Positions 22,300-34,157 are shown, numbered from the whole stretch's first letter. The stretch: 63,763 bases of DNA, filler included, from Folioceros fuciformis (GCA_049999805.1; 8 parts of 8 records of this genome joined end to end with filler, not necessarily neighbours in it); one strand, 5' to 3'. A program made the numbers and translations. The notes: generated from the sequence alone by a model not told the origin.

Positions 22300-25200
22300 T
22301 GAGTGAGTGTTGTAGAGGAAAGGTTGGGAGATTAGGTTAGAATAGTAGCTAGATTATGGTGAGTCGATAGGGTAGGTAGGTTGTGTGGTAGATAGGACGT
22401 GGGCTCTGGTCCCTGGGCCAAGGGTAAGTAGGCTAGAGGGTAGCCGGATGAGGAATGGGCCGGCTGTTCGGCTAGCCACACTGGTCGGCTGACTTGACCT
22501 GGGTGAGACCGGGCAGTGGCGGCTGAGGCAGAAGGTATAGGAGGCCGATCGGCTGATCTAGCTAGGCTAGTTGGTGGATCCAGTCGGTTAGGCAGCCGGC
22601 TGGCCGAGGAAGGAGTAGGCAGCAGCCAGGTAGGCGACCTGGCTGCTGGCAGGCTGCATGGCCAGACCTAGGCCGGGGTCCTGGCCGGAGCTGCGAGGCA
22701 ATCAACCAAGTAGGCTGCTGGAGCGCTGGCGGGATGCAAGCTCAGGCAGCCAGGCTTACGCGCTGCCTGCAAGCCAGGGGGTACCCTGGTCAGGTAGGCA
22801 ACCAAGTGGATGGAAGGCGGTCCTGCAGGTCCAAGCTTTAGGCCGGTTGGTGGATCCAGCCGGCCTGGACAATAGACCAGGCTAGAGCTTAGAATAGGCC
22901 GGGGAGGCTGGGGGCCTGGCTAGCCGGAGCTAGATGACTTGGGAGTCCACAGAGGCATAGCAACCAAGCTAAGTCCGAGCAAAAGACAGAAGAAAGGTGA
23001 CGGGTCGTTGAGGGGTCTCGACAACCGTGAGCCTGGGACGGATGCATGCGGGCTGGGTAGAATCTAGGTGGAGGGCCAGTAGACTGAGCCGCCAGCAGCC
23101 AGGCACTCTGGAAGGACGGCTGATCGGGCGGCTTAGCTGGTCACAGTTGGGAGCAGAGCAGCAAGGTCGAAGCCAGAAGCAGGCCAGGCCAGAGGCAGCA
23201 CCAAAGCCTGGCCGGCATGGATGAGGTTGGTTGCAGGACCGATGCGTCAGGATCAGCTCCGGGGCTGTGGCGGTCCAGAATCAGGATGCAAGGCAGGCCA
23301 GCTTGCAGGCACCTGGACCGATCAGCAGCAGGTCGGCGGGGCCAGCAAGCTGGCTGGAGTCCAGGTAGGCGACTCGGCACCAGATCAGGCGGGCCACGGG
23401 GGTCTAGCAATTTGGTTGGTTGGATGGGCTGTGGTTAGCTAGCGGTCTGGCTGCCCTATGACCGAAGTGGTACAAGGGGTCGACCGGGCTGCAGGCAGGC
23501 ATCAGGCAGCCAACGTGCCGGCTGATGATAGGTGACCTTGCAGGTAGACAGCCGCCCAGGATTTTGCCTCCACAATGGGGCTGCCCCAACTGGATGTAAC
23601 TGGAGGCAGGCGGCGCAAGTTCAGCCTGCATGCATGTAGTGCCAGCCAGCTGGGCATGGTTGCAGACGGGTAACCGGGCCAGCAGCGGCTGGTCAAGGTG
23701 GATCCTGCAAGCAAGTCGGCGAGCTGGATGTATCGGGTGCCCTGCTGGGTCAGGGCTGGTGGTGACGCGACATCCGGATCTGGGGGCGACGCCAAAGCCA
23801 AGGCAGGGTGTACAGCCGGGGATAGTTGGCTGTTGGTAGATCTGAAGGCCAAGCCGACTGCGGGCTGCCTGGCAGATCTTGGGGCTGGGCAGCCAAGTGG
23901 TGGGCAATTCGGCATCTAGGCTGACTCGTGGGCGGGCTGCATGCAGGCAGGCGCCTCGCCGGATCGCCAAGGTGGGTGGCAGGGTCCGGCCGGGCTGGGT
24001 CAAAGCGGGTTGGTGTAGCCAGTTCGGCCTAGTTGGTGCCTGCCGATTGATGGCCGGGGGGGATCCAGGCCGACTGGCTGGGCTATGGCCAGTCGGCAGA
24101 ACATGCAGGCCGAGCAGGCGGGTGGCCTGAGCGACTCGAGACCAGAGCTGGATCTGTAGTGGTAGCAGGCCGAGGTACCGTCGGGCTGGTCACAACTGGG
24201 GAGCAGCCGACGAGGTAGGCGGCTTGGCTGGAGGTGGCCGGACAGCGAAAGCCGGTAGTTGAGGAGCCTGGTGGCGTTCGGTGGGCTCGGTGGAGATTTG
24301 GACTGGGAAGATGGGCAGCTGGGCAGGTCGAATGGCGGCTGGCCGAGCCGGATCTAGCTAAGCTGGTTGGTAGGCAGGCTGTGTTGGGAGTGAAGCGCCC
24401 GGCTACAGGAGCCAGGCGGCCAAGCAGGCGGGCTGCCTTGCTGGATCGGGAAGCTAAGGGTCTCGGGCCAGTCGACCGGGGCAGGTGCTCGGTGATTGAG
24501 GATGCCCCGGCGGCCATGGCCATAGGTAGAGGGCCAGCAGACCCAAGCCACCAGCAGCCAAGCATCCTGGAGGTGTGTCGGTTGATCGATCTAGGAGGCC
24601 GACTGGTTGGCTAGCCAAGCGGGCCGGTGACGAACGGACCCGGCCGACAACGCCAGGCAGGCTGTGTTGGGAGTGAAGCGCCCAGCTACAGGAGCCAGGC
24701 GGCCAAGCAGGCGGGCTGCCTTGCTGGATCGGGAGGCTAAGGGTCTCGGGCCAGTCGACCGGGGCAGGTGGTCGGTGATTGAGGATGCCTCGGCGGCCGT
24801 GGCCACAGGTAGAGGGCCAGCAGACCCGGGCCACCAGCGGCCAAGCATCCCGGAGGTGTGTCGGTTGATCGATCCAGAAGGCCGACTGGTTGGCTAGCCA
24901 AGCGGGCCGGTGACAAACGGACCCGGCCGACAACGCCAGGCAGGCGGGTTGATTAGGCTAGAGGCAGGCAGCCAGTAGCACACGCGGGTGGCGACCAGGT
25001 CCAGGTGGCCTAGCAGGCGGCCTGATCGTGCTATGTGGTCCGGGTGGGCAGCGTGGCAAGGGATCTAAGCGGGCAGGCGAATTGAAGTAGGGACCATCCG
25101 ACAAGTGACCCAGCATTAGCAGCGCAGGCAGCATGGTCGGCTGCGGGCAGATTGGTGGCTGATCGACTGGCGAGTCGGATCTAGCCATCCATCTAGTCCG

Positions 25201-25355
25201 CGGCCTAGCCAGAAGCCTGATAGGGGGTGGGTTGCGGAGCAGAAGGAGGAGGGCGGCTGGCCTGACGCGGCCATGCTGCCCTTGCGCCTTCACATTGCAA
25301 AAGACAACTCTCATGTTGATAGGGACAGGCAGGTTGCAGGCAGCTTCCTCGAGGG
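22300..25355. repeat. GC-rich low-complexity non-coding tract (probably retroelement internal region)
   Basis: Dense ggcc/ccgg/ctag/gatc/ggcaggc words with G-biased + strand. No coherent protein in any frame. Confidence 0.5.
24372..24945. repeat. Tandem duplication, 283-bp period
   Basis: gctgtgttgggagtgaagcgccc at 24378 and 24661, with near-identical sequence following each. Confidence 0.9.
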
Positions 25356-25455
25356 NNNNNNNNNNNNNNNNNNNNNNNNNNNNNNNNNNNNNNNNNNNNT
25401 TAATTAATTAANNNNNNNNNNNNNNNNNNNNNNNNNNNNNNNNNNNNNNNNNNNN
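25356..25455. other. Artificial contig spacer
   Basis: N44-TTAATTAATTAA-N44. Confidence 0.97.
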
Positions 25456-25500
25456 AAACCAAACCATACCACTATTAACCCTTTTTCAACCAAAACAAAC

Positions 25501-26262
25501 TACTACCCCAAACTTTGGAGGTTCATATTTGGTTTGCTGGATGGACAATTTAACGGATTGATATTGCAAACTGTTTTCTCAAGCTTCGCCAAGAAGACAA
25601 CTTTTGAGGATTTTCTGCTTGAGGTCATGTATGGGGTGGAGGATGCGCACATGGTGAGGGAGGCGATGCAAAAATGGTGCAAAGGGGGTGGTCTGGTTTT
25701 GTTTGTCTGAGATAAGACAAACATGTCAAATGAGCGAGAAGGTTTTGAAATTGTGGAGTACATAATTGTTGCATGGTGCATGAAGGAGGGAAGTAGTAAG
25801 GGCCACACGTCTATGATGCCAGGGCAACATCAAGGAATCTTTAACACGGGTAGGTCCATCATCGCACATGACACTATGGTGAAGAAACATGTCTACCTAT
25901 CGCATGACAAACGAGTTGTTTGCCCATATCAGAGGCCCTTGGGATTGATGGACAGGCTTATCCACATCTTCAGTAAAGAGGGGAAATGAGTTGTCAATGC
26001 TTGTTTTGGTAGCGGCACTAAACTGTTGGCAACGTTGCTTGTTGGCAGAAACCGCGTAACAATCGAAGAAGACAAGCGATGCGCAGCGTATACCCCGCAA
26101 AGAATCCACGGCTATGATGTTCTGCTAGATGTAGAGGAGGAGATGACATTCAATGTGCATCAACGAGGGCCATCCCAATTCTGGGCTAAGGAGGTTTGCA
26201 TCAGCGAAAGAGACAACTCTTCAGCACAAGTTGTGTTACTGACGTCGAAGAGGCGGAGTTGA
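25501..26262 (+). pseudogene. Beta-class DNA N4-cytosine/N6-adenine methyltransferase (N6_N4_Mtase-like) remnant, N-terminal catalytic motif not present
   Basis: One frame reads ...LFV*DKTNM...EYIIVAW...CPYQRPLGLMDRLIHIFSKEGK*VVNACFGSGTKLLATLLVGRNRVTIEEDKRC. This matches the W-x-K, HPxQKP..L..lI...S..GD.VLDPF.GSGT and GR..I.iE motifs (X, I, II) if both TGA (25708, 25987) derive from TGG. Confidence 0.75.
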
Positions 26263-27231
26263 AAGACGAGGCTCAGCGAAGACTTGGAGCCAAGACAAAA
26301 AAACCCTAGAGCAGGTTTGGGAGGGGACAATATCTGATCAGGAAGATATGGAAGATTCACGAGTGGATGAGAAGGCGCCGGAGGAAATTGACAACTTTGA
26401 TGTTGAGGAAGAAGCAAGATTACAGGATGTTGCTATTGTGTTCGACTTCGAGGCTGCAGAACATGCTGGAGAGCTTGAGAGTTTCAACATAGGGTTGGGA
26501 GTCATAGTTAGATGTGTTGTTCACTTTGCAGTAGGTGTTTAGTGACATACCTTTTAATAGTGGTTAATGAAAAACATGTGGGGCCCATAAGTGAACCCAA
26601 CGTCACTGAAATGGTCCTCGGGGGAGACAGTGCCAACGGACCGACGCCCTCTCTTCAGCGCGAGAATTATCTTGCATACAAAGCACAAGTTCAGGCTGGG
26701 CAATACTAAGAAAAGAACCATTGCCTGCATAGAAACTAGCAGAATTTGTTTATTTGTGCAAGGTGTAAATTTTGTCAAAAAGGTCTACCCCCTTTAGAAG
26801 AGGACACAACATTCCCCTGCTTGCAAGTTTATGGCTTTAGTGATGAAACAAAATAAGTTGTTTGAGTATTGGAAAACAGAGGGACCGGAGATGTTTGAGG
26901 TTTTGAAGTAGCAAAGTTGTTTGTGGCATACAGACATACATTGAGAGACTTCGAAATATATGCTTTTGAAATTGCTATGGAAGTTGTCTATTTAAAATGG
27001 TATGAAAGTTGTTCTATGAAGTTGAAACAACCAAATATGAGAGCACACATAAAACAAGTGTACCTATAAGCTACTGCCAAATGCACACATCCTTGACTTG
27101 CAACGTACCACCGAACTCCACTACCTACTAATTAACATGCCACACCATAAGCACACGTGGAGAACATGCTATATATTTGAGTGGTTTAAGAATTGTGTAT
27201 GCGTGTGTCTCCTTGTCTGAGCACACTTTCA

Positions 27232-28393
27232 TCAGGCCACCAAATCCAGACATGCTACTTTCTTGAAGGGAGTCTTCTTGCTAAGATAGCCGTCTCTCTT
27301 GCCTTTTTGGTAGGCAAGTAACTTGCCTACCTTCTTTGATGGGCAAGCAACCTTGCATGGAGCCTTCCTGCCTTGTCTAGAGTCTTGTTCACTTCTTGTC
27401 CTTCTCCCTTCCAAGTCTGTCACAAGTCCTAGGAGTTCCTTTGTCATCTACATCCAACCTTTTGTACCACTTTTGCTATGGTCACCAAGGCCTCCTTCAA
27501 GTAACCCTGCAAGCATCGCTGCAATTTTCAGTTGGTTTTCCATCTGCAATTCATTTCGATGGAGCTCATGCTGCAACATTACTTTTGCATGTGAAGCTAG
27601 TTTGTCATTTTGGCTGCTTCAATCTTTGCTAGACAATCAGCGAAAGATGATAAGCCTGCTGAAATTTCCTTTCCCACTCTTGAAATAAAAGACCTTCTAG
27701 GCTTGACTTTTTTGCCTTGTACAATATCACTTAGATTGTCCTATTCTACAATTTTTAGCTTACTTGGGGATTCTGCACAGTGCTCTTCTATAGGCTCTTG
27801 AGCTTTGGAAGTGATGTGATGAGGTGCATATAGTGAATCACCTTGAGAAGCTTGCTCCAAATCAAATAAGTAAGTTCCACTCTTTGCAATATCTGAAGGT
27901 GAGTTGGTAATACCTTGTGAAGGCTTTGACTTGCTAGGATCCCAGGCACTTGGAATCCCTTGGAATTTAGGGTTTTTTACAAATGTTTTCTACTGCATGG
28001 AAGTGAGGCCATGAAAAATTGATGTTCCTTCTTCTTTCGGTTCCACTTCTCAAGATTTTCCATTTTCATCTTGCACTTTTTTGCACTCACACTAAGAAGG
28101 CCATAGTTGTTGCTAACTTTAGTAGCCACCTCATTCCAGTGTCTTCCAGTGAGATTACCTTGCTTGAGGTGCACCAGGCGCATCTCATGATAGGCTTCCA
28201 TCACAACAATTGCTGCCTCTTCACTTCACATGAGGTTGCCATCACGCTTTGATTTGGCTATAGCATGTTGCTCCTCTAAGCCTGCAAGGAGATCATTGTC
28301 TTGGTCTTCAAAGGCTTTTGCGTCCTCCACAACAGTGAGATGTCCTATGTTTTGTCTTGTAAAGTCTTGGAATTCTTTCAGTTCCTAATCCAT
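27232..28393 (-). pseudogene. Myb/SANT-like (trihelix-type) DNA-binding protein remnant with C-terminal coiled coil
   Basis: From ATG 28393: ...M*SEEAAIVVMEAYHEMRLVHLKQGNLTGRHWNEVATKVSNNY...SAKKCKMKMENLEKWNRKKK, later HAKVMLQHELHRNELQMENQLKIAAML. Contains stops and frameshifts. Confidence 0.75.
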
Positions 28394-28846
28394 GACTAAC
28401 TGATGAAGTGTTGATAGGCAAGGAGGCAAAGTATGTGGCGGAGGCTAAGAAGAGGCTAGAGTACTTGTGGTGAAAGCTAGAAGTTTTGCTGGAAAGGCTA
28501 CAAGAGTCTTCACCCTCGCGAGAGGTGGACGTGTGCGAGAGCGATGACCTAAGTTGTATGATTATTAATTATAATTATACCATCACGGGTATACAATGGA
28601 ACTAGAATAAGTCCTTGAATCGTTTTTTTGGACCAAATATAGAATACTGCAAACTCACCGTGAGCGCAATTTGCTACTTTCTTTAATGGAAACAAACCGT
28701 TTTTTAGAGCTTTTCTTTTCTTTTCAGGAAACGGCGCAGTACTTGAACTGCCATTGTGAAAGGCCCTTCTCAAGTAGCGTTTTGTAGAGGAAAAAAACTT
28801 TGGACACTCCCATTTTGAGTGACAGAATGAGTAGGCTGCGATTTTT

Positions 28847-29030
28847 TGTGTGAAGGAACGAGCGAATCAGCTTAGTATGTGAATAAGATGGGGGTATTCA
28901 TACCCAAAAATGGCCTTGGTCTTTGGGTGTTTGGGATAGCGAAGACCACGATCTGGAAGTGAGTGAGTGGGGGTGTCCTTGGGCCTTGGTGGTTCGGGGG
29001 CATTTAGGAGGTTATATATATCCCCCCTTG
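28847..29030 (-). repeat. Possible 3' LTR with polypurine tract of family X element
   Basis: Minus strand reads caagggggga (PPT-like, 29021-29030), then ~170 bp ending ...ccttcacaca. No second copy is in the window to confirm it. Confidence 0.35.
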
Positions 29031-29312
29031 TGGAAATAAGAAATAGAAATGAGTAGGGAAGGGGGCTAGCTAGTTGTGGATTTAGGAAAAAGGATGGGTT
29101 GAGGTGATTGGGCGACGATGGCCAGTGGGGCAACCGTCGCGAAAAGGACGACTGGTGGTAGGCTAACTGGCAGTAGTGAGAGAAGAAAACAGCCAGTATA
29201 AAAATCCTAAAGGGAAGTCTAGAGGGGAATTAAGTTAGTCTTCGAAACGTGAAGGGCAGTAACCCTGGAGCGTGAAGGCGGCTGGAAGGGAAGCAGATGC
29301 TGAGGCAACAAG

Positions 29313-31950
29313 ATGGGCCGAGGCAAGCAGCGAGTGCTCAGCGAGAGAGAGGAGGGACCGCAAAAGCCGAAGCACAAGGAGGAGATAGGCAGGATGAGGT
29401 CACGTCCTGAACTGCTGCCTGGAGTACCAGAGCAGGAGGGGGAACCTCCTGTTCCCCAGATTGACCTACTCTTGTGGCCCAACATGGAGCATTGGAGGGT
29501 TAGAGCAGGAGGGTTGGTGGATGAATTGGGTATGGGTTTCATGACCCAGAAGTGGAACTACGCAGCGCCACAGTTGGTCAGGGAGTGCACCCTGAGGTTG
29601 AGGGAACCTGTTCGTGAGAAGGGGATCAGAGGCAGACCGCAGGGGTGGAACCTGGAGCTAGTGAGAAGGGTGTATGGCCGTGACCAGCGAGAAGAGGGAG
29701 GATTGGTGCTAGAGTCCCTGAGGAAACGGGGGGGGTACAGGAGACGCTGAAGGACTGCTCAAACCAGGCACGAAGAAGGAGGCTAACGGATGGTTGGTTC
29801 GCGACATGGCGAGCCCGCAGCTGATGGGTCTGGCCAGGTGGTTTCTTAGTTTTCTCCAGGTTCGCAAACAGGATTATTTGTCTGACCATATGCCCTTGTT
29901 TGTGCATGAGGTAGTGAAGAGGACTAGGATTGATTGAGGAAAAATTTTGTATGCTAGGATGGACGAGGAGAGGCAGAATTTGACCCTGCCCTCTCCTCAG
30001 CCTTTGATGATTTCCCCGTTTCTAGTGCATATTTATAGTTATGCTAACCTGGTGTCGGAACTGGAGGTGTTGGCTTCACTGCACATGTGGAGCCCAATCA
30101 ATGATGTAAAATGGAAGCCTGTTGAGCCAGTGAAGGCTAACTCCAATAGTTGGGTGTGGGGACAGCTTGGAGGGGAAGGTTCCTGTCAGGCCTAAGAAGA
30201 GGACAACAGCTTAGGGGAAGACCCTTGCCAAGAGGAGATGAGTCAGTGGGTAGAGCACGAGAGGAGGAAGTAGGCCGGAGACACCAGAGACAGCCCTGGA
30301 GCAAACTGAAGGTCAGACAGAGGAGCAAGATGTACAAGAACAGGAGGTAGAACAGGAGCTCGCTAATCAGGGGGTTATGGATCAAGGACTGGAAGAGCAG
30401 GGGCAGGATGAAGCAGGGCTGGAGGGGTCTCATGAGCCGACTTTAGCCGCCAAGTTAATTCCTCCCAGGCAAAGGCCGAGGTCCAAGCGCTAAGGGAGCA
30501 ACATGGGATCCTACTAGCTCAGGTGAGGGAGGCCCATAAGACTAACCTGGAGATACAACAGGAGATGGCCAAGGCGCAAGAGCTGGAAATAGCAGCAGTG
30601 GAACAGGCCCAGAAGCTGGCTGACAGGTACAAGCGGGAGCAAGACGAAGCCAGAGAGAGTGTGAAGGGGAAGGGTAAGGTTGGGCGCCCAAGTCAAACGG
30701 CGACCCCGGTAGCTGAAGAGACTACCGGTAGTCGAGAAGGGGAACCGGTAATCGAGCGGACTACCAGTAGCCGAGTAGTCGCCAGGGCTACTGGTAGCCC
30801 GGCTGAGCCTAGAGTAGCCGAGGGACCAGCCCTGGGAACCAAGGAAGAAACAGCGAAGGCGCCTGAGCTTAGGCGCTCCAGGAGATTGATCTGCACCAGA
30901 AGGACAGAGCCGGAGGAAGCAACAGCTGGACGGGTGAAGGACCTTCAGGTACCCCAGAAAGATGGGGAACAGACAGCCCACGGTAGTCCAAGGGAGGAAG
31001 GGGTAAGCACCTCCTTTATGACAGAAGGTCGGGTTGTGCTGCAGTATGAGGAGGAGGCTTCCTATGTGCCAGGTCTTTATGTCGAAGGGGCCAGAGTTCT
31101 TAAACTGTTTCTGTATGTACGTATGGGCACAAGAGGGACGCGTGGCTACGGCCTGCATCTGAGGACCCACAAGGGACTCTACCGCTACAGCTGGTGGATG
31201 ACAGGCCTGCCCCATTGCTACGCGGAGGCAGTTCTGGAGGAGTTGACAGAAGAAGAGGCCCAACGATGGGTAGAACGGGAGCCTATTGCCATCCTCAGTA
31301 ACCAGAGGAGAAGGGGGAACAGTGGTTCTCAGCAGCAGGGCCCACCTGTGCCGCCACCGGACAGGTCCAGCAGCAGTAGTGACGTAGAGATCCTTTGGGA
31401 AGATCTGCCCGATCAGCAGAGGGGTAGGAGAGCAAGAGGGGGACCAGTGAGAGGAGACGCGCGAAGACCAGGGGGAAGGCGCCAGCGGCGTGGAAAGTGG
31501 CGATAGTAATTGCAGGCTAGGATAGCGTTATTTTTGGAATGCTTTTACTTGGAATGGAGCGGCTTGGAATCTAAGAGTGCCGACTGACCCCTGACAGACT
31601 TTATAGCGGAAAGACTGCCACCACCATGTATAAGAGGCCAGTTTGAGGCCTAGGAAATTAGCAAAAATCAGCCCAACCACCCAACCTTGCAGGAGTCTAG
31701 CGATGGCCGTTGCCAGACAGGAGGTCCAGGCAAGCGCGCGCACGTAGCAACCTGGGGGTGTGGGTGCAGGTGGTGGACGCTCCATGATCGAGCCAAGGGA
31801 TGAATCGGGAGGTGGAACCTGGGCGAGTGGGAGACGAGCTCCCCAGCTATCCCGGGGGCGATCACGTGGAGTGGTGAGGAAGTCGGGGCCGAATCCGCGA
31901 GTTCAGAGTGGAAGTGAGTATCCCTTCCCTTAGCCCCGGTGTTTCAGCAT
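29313..31950 (+). mobile_element. Repeat family X copy 2: most complete extra-ORF (about 29313-31506, disrupted)
   Basis: MGRGKQR...QLVRECTL...IRGRPQGWNLELVRRVY...LFVHEVVKRTRID*GKILYARMDEE...ISPFLVHIY, then acidic region, coiled coil and the conserved C-terminal domain. Resembles accessory ORFs of plant Tat/Athila-type Gypsy elements. Confidence 0.7.
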
Positions 31951-32639
31951 TCCTTAATTCCAAAGGAGAAGGCCCGGAGAGGTAGGACTGAGTATGGAGT
32001 CAAGAAAATGTGAACAAGCGATGAAGCGGGTTCAAGAGAGGCAGCGAGTGTGAGAGCGAGACGTTGAGCGGTCGTCAAGACAAGACCACGCGATTGGAGT
32101 GTGTATGTGAGAGACGAAGAGTGGTGGCAGAAACATGGGATGGTTGCATGGTGGAAGCTGCCGAGATCCTTGTGAGGGTGAAAGAGACTGGAGACTATAA
32201 TAAAAAAGGGGAAATGTTGGAGGCGTCGCGGAGAGGCACTGTGAACCAAGGGCGTGTGCCAAAAGTGAGAGAAAGTGGAACCATGAAAGAGGAGTAGCCG
32301 AGTTGGGAAGGTCGAACGCCGATAAGACTCTGGCGAGTGTGTAGTTGAAAGGCAATCAAGAGCAAAACGACCTAAGTTTGGGCTTGAGGGTTACGTGAAT
32401 AGATTGGGAACTGTACTGCCAGAAGGCCCTCGCGACTCTCTGAGGGCCGATGTGTGTATGACGGACGTTGGTGCGTTTCGGTCGAGGCTATGAGGGGTTG
32501 ACGAGTAAGGGCGGAGGTCTGTGAGTATGTAGGTGAGAAAGACTGGAGGTAAGTTGCTAGCGGTTTGAAAGGCAAGGACTGTAAAGTAAGTATTAGAGGA
32601 TAACCCCGAGGTAGAGGAGAGAGAAGGAGCGAATTAGAG

Positions 32640-32739
32640 NNNNNNNNNNNNNNNNNNNNNNNNNNNNNNNNNNNNNNNNNNNNTTAATTAATTAANNNNN
32701 NNNNNNNNNNNNNNNNNNNNNNNNNNNNNNNNNNNNNNN
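32640..32739. other. Artificial contig spacer
   Basis: N44-TTAATTAATTAA-N44. Confidence 0.97.
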
Positions 32740-33550
32740 AGCGGAGCCCTCTCAGCAGTTCGCGCTGCGATTTCCTCCTTCAACCTGTCTGCGTTCCTTT
32801 CTGCCTCCACCTTTTCCTCCAATTCTTGGCGTTCCACCGAGGCTTTGCCTAATGATGAGCCTGCCTTCCCACTCTCAGCATCTTCCTTCACCCGCTTCGC
32901 CGGAGACAAACTCGTTGAAGACAGATGACTCGCTGGAGAACTAGCTCTCCCCGTGTCGGTGTTCCCCCCCGTCACGAACACCGATATCCCCACTGCAGTT
33001 GCCAGGAACAGGGGGAGACACGGTGGTGGCGCCGTCCATCCTCTGTCCGCCAGCAAAACGCACAGGCTTTGGGCCCTGACTCCTCATCTCTCCAGAGAAC
33101 CACACCTGCCCAGCGCCCGATCATTGCCGAAGCCCGGTCCACAACCAACCATCCCCGACAAAATCGTGCACCGCAAACCATACTATTCTCATAACCCCCG
33201 CACCCGGAACAGCCAACTGCTCCAGCATCACTTGAGCCCGCCATGCTCCCTACTACCACCATCGCAGTCGCAGTCCTCCACTCCTGCCTCTATCACTACC
33301 ACACAGCGAGGAACAAATCCCGCATAGTCCAAAGATGCCCTCCATCAACCACACTGTCCTTTAACCAAACAACTCCAACGTTCCCACACATTCCTCCACT
33401 CAGTCCTAGCCTTCAGGACGAGTCTTGAGAATCCGACAAGCCCGGGAAAGGGCCCCGCCAGGCCTCCATAGACCACCCCGGTCCCCAAAGATCAAGAGCT
33501 CACACCTTCACCTCTACTCCTCTACTTGTTCTCCCCTTCGCGGGTTAGAA

Positions 33551-34157
33551 CTCTCATACGCTACCCCACAGATTGATGGAACCTACCCTTACCTCCTACC
33601 AAAGACCAAGTCTCCTTGGCTAGCAACACACTAGCAAGGCTAGCATGCGGGAACAGTAGGGTCAGCAACCATGGACACTTGCACCATCAGCCAGCAAGCC
33701 CCAACCTCATCCACATCTACAGCTGCAACTCAGCAACATCTGACCGGAAAGGGAGACGAGGTCTCAACCACATCAATCAGCTAAAACAAGACACATCTGG
33801 AGCTCAAGAAGCAAGAGCTGAAGACTAAAGGGCGGTAAGTGACAAAATGTGTTCAAGGGTCTCTCCCACGCTACCACACAAATTGATGGAACCTGCGCCT
33901 ACCTCCTACCAGACACCAAGTCTCCTTGGCCAGCAACACACTAGCAAGGCTAGCATGCGGGAATAGTAGGGACAACAACCATGGACACTTGCACCATCAG
34001 CCAGCAAACCCCAACCTCATCCACATCTACAACTACAACTTAGTAACATCTTACCGGAAAGGGAGACAAGGTCTCAACCACATCAATCAGCTGGAGCAAA
34101 ACATCTAGAGCTCAAGAAGCAAGAGCTGAAGACTAAAGGGTGGCAAGTGACAAAATC
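33551..34157. repeat. Tandem duplication, 310-bp period
   Basis: ttggc(t/c)agcaacacactagcaaggctagcatgcggg at 33616 and 33926, with near-identical flanks. Confidence 0.9.

Noticed and set aside
22658-25314. Many overlapping 60-200-aa ORFs
   Set aside because: Expected by chance in GC-rich low-complexity DNA. No motifs.
70-28393. Harbinger transposase and Myb ORF as one physical element
   Set aside because: They are 27 kb apart, with host genes and two contig spacers between them.
32740-33330. ORFs at the contig start (e.g. 32688-33056)
   Set aside because: Low-complexity and truncated by the spacer. No domain evidence.
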